In this document: one piece after another, positions 20,978 to 29,820 of the stretch | Position numbering within the stretch: the first letter of the stretch is position 1 | Layout: each line of letters starts with the position of its first letter | Source: a virus | Lineage: Duplodnaviria; Caudoviricetes | Length of the DNA stretch: 64,000 bases | Strand: one strand, 5' to 3' | Virus record (IMG/VR): IMGVR_UViG_3300011947_000001 | Span: 1 to 64,000 of that record | Made by a program: the position numbers and the translations under genes | The notes under the pieces: generated by a model | Database searches by the model: none | Told to the model about the DNA's origin: nothing | What the model saw: the letters and a program-made list of their open reading frames with translations, nothing else

Positions 20978-21325
20978 TTATTCCCCATATTCAGAATTCA
21001 TAAAAAACTCATGTACTTCAATCACTTCCTGTAAGTGATTGTGGTCAAACCCAATAGCATGAACAAGTTCTAATCTTAACTTATTTGATAACCGATCATA
21101 TAAAGCTAAAGCCTGATCTATAGTAAAGTCCTGCAAAAATGAAAAGTAATTTCTAATATGATCATCTTCATGCGATCCAAAAAGAAGATTATATTGTTTG
21201 ATGAGCGAGTTTTTCAAATTAAAATCAAAAATACTTTCGATATAATTTAAACGATCCTCTTTTGTTTTCAACACTAACATCTTCATGGATTCTACATCTG
21301 CGAAGAATAATACCTGTGTCGCCAT
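20978..21325 (-). CDS. hypothetical protein
   Basis: Start refined to ATG 21325 (GGAGGG SD); follows a terminator hairpin at about 21380-21408. Confidence 0.65.
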   Translation of the reverse strand: MATQVLFFADVESMKMLVLKTKEDRLNYIESIFDFNLKNSLIKQYNLLFGSHEDDHIRNYFSFLQDFTIDQALALYDRLSNKLRLELVHAIGFDHNHLQEVIEVHEFFMNSEYGE

Positions 21326-21482
21326 TCTATACCCTCCATTTTTATCGGTCTTTGTTATTTCTTGTAAGAGTATAATAAAAAAAGGTGTATTTGCATACAC
21401 CTTTTTTTGCTTTTTTTCATTTTATTTAGTCAAGCTGTAAAACCCCGTCACCCCAAGTTACAAAATCTAAAAGCAACAGTTA

Positions 21483-21767
21483 TTACATTACTAAACGTTG
21501 ACCTTTATCAGTGTTGACTTTATCTGCTGAATCGATTACATATACACGATTGAATCGGTTAGCACACAAATAGTCATCACGACCTTTTTGTAACATGCGG
21601 TAAACATCTGGTGCACTGATTTCACGTGCATCACTGTCAGTTTGACGTTCCAACCAACGTTTACGGTTAGCAACAGTTTCAAAAGCGAATGCTTGTTCTT
21701 TACCATTTACAGTTTTAACAGCATAAAAGTTGCGACCACTTGTTTTATTAACACTAACTTTAGACAT
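21483..21767 (-). CDS. hypothetical early protein (94 aa)
   Basis: GGAGAG SD; upstream TTGCAT-17-TATATT promoter; host-adapted codon look. Confidence 0.8.
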   Translation of the reverse strand: MSKVSVNKTSGRNFYAVKTVNGKEQAFAFETVANRKRWLERQTDSDAREISAPDVYRMLQKGRDDYLCANRFNRVYVIDSADKVNTDKGQRLVM

Positions 21768-22021
21768 ATCTTCTCTCTCCTAAATAAGTCGTACTTACTG
21801 TGTAGTTGAGATAAATATAATCATAAAAATTCAAATATGCAAATACCGAAATGTCAACAAAGTGTTAATAAACCCTTCATCAACATAACATTCTAATATT
21901 TAGTAAATAATTATTCGAATAAAATCAATAGGATAAAAAAATAACAAAGCAGTTACAATTTTTCCATTATTTTATGAATTTCCTAACTGATATAGGAAAG
22001 CCGCTGAAAAGCGGCTTTCCA

Positions 22022-22279
22022 TCAAAATGCAGCACGTAGCGCATTCAAATTTGCAAAAGAATTGCCGTCTTCATCCACAATATATGGTGCTGAACGAACT
22101 GACGGGTATTTTTGAATAAACTCCATGCGGTCAATTTCTTTTTCTGAATCAACAACTTCGCCTACAATTTTAATAACTTTGTATGGAATATTACGTTCTT
22201 CAAGATATTGAATCGCATTCACACAATTTGGACATGCATCTTTGCTATATACTGTTAACACTTTTATTTTCCTTTTCAA
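22022..22279 (-). CDS. nrdC: glutaredoxin
   Basis: VYSKDACPNCVNA, RSAPYI; directly downstream of nrdB. Confidence 0.88.
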   Translation of the reverse strand: MKRKIKVLTVYSKDACPNCVNAIQYLEERNIPYKVIKIVGEVVDSEKEIDRMEFIQKYPSVRSAPYIVDEDGNSFANLNALRAAF

Positions 22280-22281
22280 AC

Positions 22282-23421
22282 TTAAATATCAAACACTTCA
22301 TCTTCAGAATCATCAATTACTACCCCAACCTTATATGCAGCAACATCTTGTTCTTGTGGTGCTGCTTGAGTAGCATTGATGTTTATCCAATCTTCCAACA
22401 ATGGCATTGGGTTCTTTTTAGGGAACACAAATTCATTAGTTTCAATGCCTAAGAATCTATAAACATCTTTGGCATTGAATAACACCCATTCTTTTAAAAG
22501 TTCTGGTGTCGTTCCAACTAAATTTATACCATCTTCATGAATACCATCAATAAAATCAAATTCGCTTTGAATGATTTCACGACCTAATTCAATCATCCAT
22601 TCTTTCAATTCATTAAAGCAACGTAATCCACGTTCACTCTTTAATTCATATCCTAAAACAGCTTTGCCAAATTCAGAATGAACTTCTAATTCATCTTGAC
22701 AAATTTTTTGAACAGCTTTTCCAATTGGTTGAAACAATCCAGTTGAACAGATGGTGAATGTAATTCCAAAAGATGCCATAAACTGGATGCGTTCTAAGAA
22801 TAATGCGCAAATTACAGTTTTAAGTACAACTTCACGATATAATTCATCCGTTAAAGGGATCAAACCAGCCCAATACTGTTTACTTAAATGTAAAGCCTTT
22901 TCAAGAGTATCTGTTAAAACATTCAACCGTTTTTGTGTAGCCTTAAAATCCATGATTTCTTGAATAACTTCATCAGGATTTTCAAAGGATAACTTAACAA
23001 TTTCTGAATATGTAAACGCATGTAAATGTTCATTATCTGCAATACGAACCAGCGTAGCCCAATATTCAGTAGATGTTGAAAACGGCATTAGAATTGCAAG
23101 GAATGAGCGTGATGCTACAGAATCCGCTTCCCATTGCCATCCAATGGTTTTAATCATCTTTTCAGAAATATATTTTGGAGTGGTTTTGAATTCAACCAAA
23201 CAACGGCTATAATCGAATTCATTTTCATCCCAATCCAAGGATTTCATTTCTTTATATAATTTCCAAATGTTGGGATACTGCTTATAAATTGTATCTACTA
23301 AAGCAGGTTCCGTACCCCCAAACATTGGATAATTTTTATATTGATCAATAGTTTTAAGGCTATTAAAAATTTTTGATCTTTTCAAACCTTCTTTCTTTGT
23401 GGTCACTCTATACTCCAACAC
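22282..23421 (-). CDS. nrdB: ribonucleotide reductase class Ia beta subunit
   Basis: WEADSV, NEHLHAFTYSEI (Fe ligands and radical Tyr), LERIQFMASF, DELEVH; exact start uncertain. Confidence 0.95.
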   Translation of the reverse strand: MLEYRVTTKKEGLKRSKIFNSLKTIDQYKNYPMFGGTEPALVDTIYKQYPNIWKLYKEMKSLDWDENEFDYSRCLVEFKTTPKYISEKMIKTIGWQWEADSVASRSFLAILMPFSTSTEYWATLVRIADNEHLHAFTYSEIVKLSFENPDEVIQEIMDFKATQKRLNVLTDTLEKALHLSKQYWAGLIPLTDELYREVVLKTVICALFLERIQFMASFGITFTICSTGLFQPIGKAVQKICQDELEVHSEFGKAVLGYELKSERGLRCFNELKEWMIELGREIIQSEFDFIDGIHEDGINLVGTTPELLKEWVLFNAKDVYRFLGIETNEFVFPKKNPMPLLEDWININATQAAPQEQDVAAYKVGVVIDDSEDEVFDI

Positions 23422-23646
23422 ATTATAAACTAATATTTATGTGTTAGAATTTTACCAAATCATATTTGATCATATTCAATTGTACATACACGATATCCTC
23501 TTTTTCGTGTGTACACAAATATAAACAATCTCACAAAAAATCACAATACTACATAACCAAAAAAATTGAGTTTTTATTCTATTTCTTTAAATTACCGATG
23601 AATGGTTAATTTAGTTCATTAATTAATCAATATAATTAAATCATAT

Positions 23647-23675
23647 TTGTAATTGTATATACAATATGATAATAT
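23647..23675 (+). promoter_or_regulatory. sigma70-type promoter
   Basis: TTGTAA-17 nt-TAATAT. Confidence 0.5.
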
Positions 23676-23707
23676 GAACTTAATATAAACAATGGCGGTT
23701 GTTTAAA

Positions 23708-24298
23708 ATGAATATTAAACTAGAACGGTTAAGTAAATTGTGTGTTCGTTGGAAGAAATTAAATAAGTCAACTCCAAGTTCAGCCGAACTTCCGCGCCTA
23801 GTTGTAGATATTAATAATTTGGTTAATGAACTTATTGAAGAAAAATCATTCGATTCTAAAGATAGCATCAAAATAGCATTGAAAGAATTGGAAAATAAAC
23901 CAAAGAAAAATGCACTTGTTAAAGTTTGCAGTCGTTGCGGTGGTTCAGGTGTTTATCTTGATATGGGCGCTTGCTTTGGATGTAATGGGTCTGGTATCCA
24001 ACAAACAGCACATGGTAAACGTCTTCATTGCTGGAAAGAAGATATCGCTTTCTACACTAATCAAAAAGAACAAGGATCAGACTACTATACTAATCAATAT
24101 GAATTGGCAATCGCATCAGCCAAGAAAAATATTGAATCGACTAACCATGCTGGGTTAAAAGCTAAATATCAAAGCGATCTTGAAAAGGTTATAAGTGAAT
24201 ACCAAAAACACAAGGATCGTATTGCTAAATTTAATGAAGATTATGCCAAATATGGCGAAAAGGTTCCAAAAGGTTATAAACTACCCCTGATCTTCTAA
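23708..24298 (+). CDS. hypothetical protein with DnaJ-type CxxCxGxG zinc finger
   Basis: CSRCGGSG...CFGCNGSG. Confidence 0.7.
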   Translation: MNIKLERLSKLCVRWKKLNKSTPSSAELPRLVVDINNLVNELIEEKSFDSKDSIKIALKELENKPKKNALVKVCSRCGGSGVYLDMGACFGCNGSGIQQTAHGKRLHCWKEDIAFYTNQKEQGSDYYTNQYELAIASAKKNIESTNHAGLKAKYQSDLEKVISEYQKHKDRIAKFNEDYAKYGEKVPKGYKLPLIF

Positions 24299-24328
24299 TT
24301 AGAAGATCACCCAACCAAAGAGTAAAAT

Positions 24329-24619
24329 ATGAAAACATTAGCTGAATTAAAACAAACTTATGGTAATAATGAATTCTTTATTGCCTTTTATGATCTAAAC
24401 ACATTGATTCAACCAAAAAAGGTTCTGATCGATGATAATCTAATCGTATGGCATGATGGCAGATGTATCATTAACGGCATGAAAGATAAACTATTCGATC
24501 ACGCATTAGATCAAAAGTCTTTAATGATAAATTTGAAACAACGATTGGCCGATGAATATCAATATAATGGTAAAGATGTGGATGTGATTTTCCAGAAGAA
24601 GCAAGCTAAAAAGCTATAA
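24329..24619 (+). CDS. hypothetical protein (96 aa)
   Basis: ORF track. Confidence 0.7.
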   Translation: MKTLAELKQTYGNNEFFIAFYDLNTLIQPKKVLIDDNLIVWHDGRCIINGMKDKLFDHALDQKSLMINLKQRLADEYQYNGKDVDVIFQKKQAKKL

Positions 24620-24624
24620 AGAAA

Positions 24625-24642
24625 GGGGATCATATGATCCCC
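24625..24642. terminator. bidirectional intrinsic terminator
   Basis: Palindrome GGGGATCATATGATCCCC flanked by A and T runs, between convergent genes. Confidence 0.75.
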
Positions 24643-24660
24643 TCTTTTAATTCAATGCTA

Positions 24661-25020
24661 TTACAGCATATCGCTTTCTAAAAACTTAGCAAACGTGAAT
24701 CCTTCATTCATCTTTTCTTCTGGAACACCAATAGAGAATGAACCGCCTTGTGGCTGTGTAAAAGTCCAACCTTTTTTGCGGAATTCAGTGAAGTCTTTAT
24801 CGATAACTGATGAAACGTTTTTAGCACTTGCACCAACACCATCTTCATGTGGTACAGCACGACCTTTAAGAATAGTCACTTCAACGTAACCATCAGCATC
24901 TTGTTTAAGTGTAACATCACCATCAGCTAATCCAAGATCAGGTTTAGTTGATTTAAGAAGCAATTCTTTAATGCGTTGTGCTTCTTTCATTGATTTATCT
25001 TTATTGATTGAATTAGCCAT
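24661..25020 (-). CDS. hypothetical late protein (119 aa)
   Basis: CTAAATA upstream (25051-25057), downstream of the nrdA terminator hairpin. Confidence 0.7.
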   Translation of the reverse strand: MANSINKDKSMKEAQRIKELLLKSTKPDLGLADGDVTLKQDADGYVEVTILKGRAVPHEDGVGASAKNVSSVIDKDFTEFRKKGWTFTQPQGGSFSIGVPEEKMNEGFTFAKFLESDML

Positions 25021-25090
25021 TTTATATAACTCTTTTTATGTATTTGTATTTATTTAGAAAAAGAGTGGCTTTTATACCACTCTTTCAGAT

Positions 25091-25597
25091 TTAGATACTA
25101 CAGCTTTCACATTCTGCTTCAGCTTCAGAAGCGTTCAGATTGATATCTTTTCCGCCTTTAGTGTTCTGGTAGTAGCCTTGCTTCACACCATACTTGTAAC
25201 GTGTATTGAAGCCTGTAATCATTTCCTTGGTTCCGACTTTTTCATCCCCTTGGATTTTACGCCAGCGGTCGGCTGAAATGCCTTGATCACACCATTTTTG
25301 GAAGATCGCATAGATCATCGTCATATTATCAGTTGGGATTTCCCATGCTGATTCATATCGATTGCGAAGTTTTGTTGAATCTGGAACTACATAAGAAACT
25401 GATTGAGTTTCATTAGTTTTGTTCAATACGATGTCACGGATCGGATATAAACCGTTCGTAGTTGCACCAGAAATAGATGAATTGTGAGATATCGTGCCAT
25501 CATCAAGAATATAATGATGTACTTCATCAACATTGATATCCATCGTGATAATACGATCATCTGTAACCTTAATTGATTTGATTTTAACAGCTTTCAT
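25091..25597 (-). CDS. nrdA: NrdA C-terminal fragment, preceded by the C-terminal half of a split intein (39 aa, 25481..25597)
   Basis: MKAVKIKSIK...MDINVDEVHHYILDDGTISHN|SSISGATTNGLYP...QKWCDQGISAD...YYQNT...CESCSI. Intein blocks F/G end in HN followed by Ser; the NrdA C-terminal CxxC is present. Confidence 0.93.
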   Translation of the reverse strand: MKAVKIKSIKVTDDRIITMDINVDEVHHYILDDGTISHNSSISGATTNGLYPIRDIVLNKTNETQSVSYVVPDSTKLRNRYESAWEIPTDNMTMIYAIFQKWCDQGISADRWRKIQGDEKVGTKEMITGFNTRYKYGVKQGYYQNTKGGKDINLNASEAEAECESCSI

Positions 25598-26603
25598 TTA
25601 CTTCGATTTCCTTTTTTAACTCATCTAAACTCTTATCACTTCTTGAACCTTTCGATAGGTTTTCAATTCGTGAAATTATTCTTAAATTTAAATAATGTCC
25701 AATAATGCTTGGATCGACATTATTTACAAAACCATCTTTAACACTATATATGTGATCTAAATGATATTCATATCCGCGCTTTTCAATATCATTAATTAAA
25801 TTACCATATAATTTAATATTAATGTTTGATATTCTATAACACTCTTTTTTATAACATATGAATGATTCAATATCACAAATCGAACCAATAGTATTTCTGT
25901 ATCTATCAATTCTATCATCCCATTTAATCTTCCACATATCACCATATTTTTCTTTGTATTGTTTAATACCAAATGCTTTTTTGGCATCAATAATACTCAT
26001 GAATTCATCAACTTCATCTTTTGAATAACCTTGATTCATCCAATAATAACGATTTGAACCTGAGTTATTTCTATTCCAATCCTTAGCCATATTGATAGAA
26101 GTTAACTCATCATATCCACGCTTCATATAATATTCTTTACACCATTTGGATCGTTCTTTTCGTTCCAATTCAGACATATTATTAACCGTACAACTAACAG
26201 ATGTTTTTTGAAACTGTTCAAACAATTCAGTTCCTTTTTCAACACCATGACGTTTAATAAACCCTTCTAAATTAGTAGCTTTTGATTTCTTTTTCTCATC
26301 AACGATTTTTTCAGCTTCATGTAACGAAATGTTATATCGGAATGCATTATATTTAATATCATATAGACTCGCTGTATTGATTGAATCAAGCGATCCACAA
26401 TAATCATTGAATGATATATAATTATCTTGCCATCCATCTTTAACTCTAATTGATGATAGATATGTATAATATCGTCTACTATCATCAAATTTATTCGAAT
26501 TAAAAAAGTTTATAACATCATCCATTTCATCAACATCGAATAAACCATCAACAAAAACTTTATCAAACCACTTGTTTGAAAACTTCTTCACCGTTTTTCT
26601 CAC
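25584..26603 (-). mobile_element. free-standing HNH-type homing endonuclease inside fractured nrdA
   Basis: C-terminal YHLDHIYSV...GHYLNLRIISRIENLSKG (HNH-like); N-terminal helical repeats (FIKRHGVEKG, YKEKYG); sits between the two nrdA ORFs. Confidence 0.8.
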
Positions 26604-26653
26604 TTTAAATATCAGCTTATATGCCTTTATTTATATATTTGTGAGAAAAACGG
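26591..26653 (-). promoter_or_regulatory. translation-sequestering hairpin with late promoter in the loop
   Basis: 13-bp perfect inverted repeat (26591-26603 / 26641-26653) whose 3' arm begins at the GTG start of the endonuclease; TATAAATA at 26628-26635 lies in the loop. Confidence 0.75.
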
Positions 26654-26665
26654 CATGTGAGTGGA

Positions 26666-29053
26666 TTATTCCATTCGCATGATTTCATCGTCTTCTGTTA
26701 AGTTAATAGCCATTTTCCATTGATACGAATCCCCCGATTTCACAAGGAATTTATGATGGTGTGTACATTTATATACAGCACCATCTTCTAATTCAATCTC
26801 AATGTAATTAGTTCTACCATTTAACCAAACATCGGTAGCTGGCTTTAACCCATCCATAGTTTCAACCATGATAGGTTCAGGTAATTTAAACCATTTACCG
26901 CCTGTCAATGGAGTAATATCTTCAACTTCTTTTTCTAAATCAGCGCCAGTTAAATTGAAAATATCTTCTAATGACATCAAACCGTTTTCAGTTTTGATAA
27001 CTTGTTCTTTTTGAACACACGACTCACTTGGCATATGTGCACAAAGTACACTGTTTAAGATGCCGCCATTGGCCTTGATCTTTTCAGATAAAGTTTTCCA
27101 ATCACGTTTATTTTCAACAGTAACCAGTTTATCCACGTTTCCGCAATATGTATCTAATGGAGTCCAGCCATCAACCCATTTAGTTTTGTACATCCATTTA
27201 GCAACACCATATTCTTTAGATAATTCTAGTGATGCATTAACAAGATGCCAGTAGTGAGTTTCAGCTAATTCATGACAGAAATCACGTCCTTCTTGCGATG
27301 AATATGACAGACCTTTCTTAGCCATCAGATGCGCTAAACCAACAATACCGATACCAGCATTCATACGTGCTTCAGCGGTTTCTTTAAGGTTCTGGAACAC
27401 ATATGATGAATTCAAGATACCAAAACGAACCATCTTCAGAACACGATAACATGAGTTATAGTATTCTTCATCATTTTTGATATTTGAAACGATGATGCCA
27501 CCAATATTACAAAGTGCGATTTCACCTGCTGTAGAACGTTCAACGATTTCATCAACCTTAGTTTCAGAACCATCATCATTAACGATTACATCATCTTCTT
27601 GCAGCTTCAATGCATGCATATCGGTTTTGCGCAAAGTATTTACACGATCAAAGTTGTAAATAATTTGTTCTTTACGTCCAGAACGGATACGGATAAAGTT
27701 TTGGCTTTCATCGTATGATTCATACAGTTCTTTGACTGATTTAAAACCAGATGTCGGCAAATCAATTTCTGAACATAAATTAGATGACCAAATCGTATCA
27801 AGGAATGGCGTATGGATGTTCATCCAGTCTGTCATATGTTCATATGTACGGCCAGTTTCAATAGCTTCAGTCATCGCCATAACAACGATCTTACGTGCTG
27901 GAACCATTGTACGTGGGAGCTTAGAAGCTAGGAATTTTTCATACAGACGTTCGAAGTAATCGTTATCGCCTGAATAAATCGCGTTATAAAGTTCTGGTGC
28001 ATCTTTATATGAGAATAAAGCAATATCTTCATTCTTAGCACATTTTTGAACAACTAAACGGTTTGAACCAAAGCTATAGTCAGAACCACGAATCTGTTTA
28101 GCCAATGGTGTGATTGGGTTTTTCAGTTTCAGTAATGTTTCAATTTCTGGATCATAAGCATTGAAATAAGCTGTACCAGCACCACCACGGCCATTCTGAA
28201 GGTTAGCAGCTAATGCAGTTGAATAAGAACGCAAGTATGGTAATTTACCTTGGTGTTCAATTAAACCACCACGAACAGAATCGCCAATTGAACGGGTTTT
28301 CAAATGGTATCCGATCCCTGCACTCATAACAGTCATCATATACGCAATATGATCCGCTGTAGCTAATGAAGGTGCTTCATCTTTGGCTTGGAAAATACAG
28401 CATGACGCATAACCGTCCAGATGTGTGCCTAGATTCACATAGTATGGCGTAGGAACGTTAATACGGTGATTTGCAAATTCTTCATAGTATGCTTTAACTT
28501 CAGCAATACGACGTTCTTTTGGTTCCTTTTCAGCAAGGGCCATAGCCATACGCATATACATGAATTGTGAAGTTTCGTATTCAATATTTTTAACACGGTT
28601 CTTCAATGCATATTTGTTGCGGTTCTGGTGAATAGCATAATGCGGATATTTAAGGTTGTAATTGTGATTGATTACTTTTTCTAGCTGTTCATATTCAGTA
28701 TCAGTATAATCAAGACAACGCATCAGGCCATCTTTAACCAGACGTGCTTGCACTTCTTTAATGGTAGGATATTCAGATGATTTATGAACCAAACGAACCA
28801 GCAAAGATGAATACAGGCGACCAGCCATCAAATTGTATTCCCATGTACGCTGCTCAAGGCATTTTTTAATCAACGATTCCTGAAGTTCTTTCGAAGTAAC
28901 TGTATTTGGTAATGTTGAAATTGCACTTGTAACGATACTTGCCCAATCGACGTTCCGACCTAGTTTTTCAGCTGCCCAAATTCCCCATCCATTTACTTTA
29001 TTTGGGTTAAAATCTTCTTTGCTACCATCTCGTTTGATAATAGTCTTAATCAT
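26666..29053 (-). CDS. nrdA: NrdA N-terminal fragment (ATP cone plus catalytic core), ending in the N-terminal half of a split intein (117 aa, 26669..27019)
   Basis: Start refined to ATG 29053 (MIKTIIKRDGS); VPTP, ASCC, SNLCSEI, EIALC, AHMPSES|CVQKEQVIKTENG...CTHHHKFLV...NLTEDDEIMRME*. Intein blocks A and B are present. Confidence 0.95.
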   Translation of the reverse strand: MIKTIIKRDGSKEDFNPNKVNGWGIWAAEKLGRNVDWASIVTSAISTLPNTVTSKELQESLIKKCLEQRTWEYNLMAGRLYSSLLVRLVHKSSEYPTIKEVQARLVKDGLMRCLDYTDTEYEQLEKVINHNYNLKYPHYAIHQNRNKYALKNRVKNIEYETSQFMYMRMAMALAEKEPKERRIAEVKAYYEEFANHRINVPTPYYVNLGTHLDGYASCCIFQAKDEAPSLATADHIAYMMTVMSAGIGYHLKTRSIGDSVRGGLIEHQGKLPYLRSYSTALAANLQNGRGGAGTAYFNAYDPEIETLLKLKNPITPLAKQIRGSDYSFGSNRLVVQKCAKNEDIALFSYKDAPELYNAIYSGDNDYFERLYEKFLASKLPRTMVPARKIVVMAMTEAIETGRTYEHMTDWMNIHTPFLDTIWSSNLCSEIDLPTSGFKSVKELYESYDESQNFIRIRSGRKEQIIYNFDRVNTLRKTDMHALKLQEDDVIVNDDGSETKVDEIVERSTAGEIALCNIGGIIVSNIKNDEEYYNSCYRVLKMVRFGILNSSYVFQNLKETAEARMNAGIGIVGLAHLMAKKGLSYSSQEGRDFCHELAETHYWHLVNASLELSKEYGVAKWMYKTKWVDGWTPLDTYCGNVDKLVTVENKRDWKTLSEKIKANGGILNSVLCAHMPSESCVQKEQVIKTENGLMSLEDIFNLTGADLEKEVEDITPLTGGKWFKLPEPIMVETMDGLKPATDVWLNGRTNYIEIELEDGAVYKCTHHHKFLVKSGDSYQWKMAINLTEDDEIMRME

Positions 29054-29198
29054 CTTAATATCTCGCTTCTCTAAACAAACTAAAGATTTATTTAATCTCA
29101 TTCTTACATATAAGAATGGAAGCGATATTAACATGACAAATATGATTAATTTTGTTTGTACATACATGAAAAAGCCACATTTTCATGTGGCCTATTCA

Positions 29199-29378
29199 TC
29201 ATTCAATTTTTTCTAATTCATCCAGAAACGTATCCAGCCGAATAAGAACCTTCTTCAATAATCGCGCTTCATTTTCTGAAACGTGTCGAAGAATAACGTT
29301 TGCCGCAATCCCGATTTTCTTGTCGATTTCAAAATATAAACTTTCAAATTCAGGGTCAATTTGTTGCTGATCACTCAT
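29199..29378 (-). CDS. hypothetical protein (59 aa)
   Basis: Manual translation MSDQQQIDPEFESLYFEIDKK...LDELEKIE*; GGTGA SD; below the ORF-track cutoff. Confidence 0.6.
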   Translation of the reverse strand: MSDQQQIDPEFESLYFEIDKKIGIAANVILRHVSENEARLLKKVLIRLDTFLDELEKIE

Positions 29379-29382
29379 TTTA

Positions 29383-29598
29383 TCACCATTTACCTAATGG
29401 ACATACTGATTTGCTAAACTTCACCTTAGCAGCCATCAAACACCCACATTGTGCACATGTGCCAAATGCTGGTTGAAGTTCAGGACATTCATTACAAATG
29501 GCAATGCGTTTCGATGCTGTATCAGATGAAGTAATAGCCACTTTTCCAGTGGTGACAACATCTTTAACAACATCGAATATTGAATATTTACTACTCAT
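29383..29598 (-). CDS. small Cys-rich protein (DUF6171-like)
   Basis: RIAICNECP...CAQCGCLMAAKVK...CPLGKW. Confidence 0.75.
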   Translation of the reverse strand: MSSKYSIFDVVKDVVTTGKVAITSSDTASKRIAICNECPELQPAFGTCAQCGCLMAAKVKFSKSVCPLGKW

Positions 29599-29642
29599 AA
29601 TCACTTGCACTCAATAATACATATGATTATTTATGCAGATAA

Positions 29643-29816
29643 TTAAATATCTTTTTTCATAAATTCTGGAACATCACCACATTCAATAATATGTTCCAGT
29701 AACAACCTAAACGCCTTGGAATGGGATAATGATTTCTTCTCAAGAATAGTTCTTGATTGTGCCTTAATATCGCTATCTACACGAACGTTGATGATCTCAT
29801 TTTTTTTACTACTCAT
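29643..29816 (-). CDS. RelB/DinJ-like ribbon-helix-helix protein (orphan antitoxin-like)
   Basis: INVRVDSDIKAQSRTILEKKSLSHSKAFRLLLEHIIECGDVPEF matches the RelB/DinJ pattern. Confidence 0.7.
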   Translation of the reverse strand: MSSKKNEIINVRVDSDIKAQSRTILEKKSLSHSKAFRLLLEHIIECGDVPEFMKKDI

Positions 29817-29820
29817 TACT

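Noticed and set aside
23422-23640. Intergenic region upstream of nrdB with an imperfect hairpin (TTGTACATACACG...CGTGTGTACACAA)
   Set aside because: Compatible with ordinary divergent promoters and a terminator; not enough structure to call an RNA
25598-26665. Group I intron interrupting nrdA
   Set aside because: The flanking ORFs carry clear intein N- and C-terminal blocks with their own stop and start codons, so protein trans-splicing explains the split; no intron core was recognised
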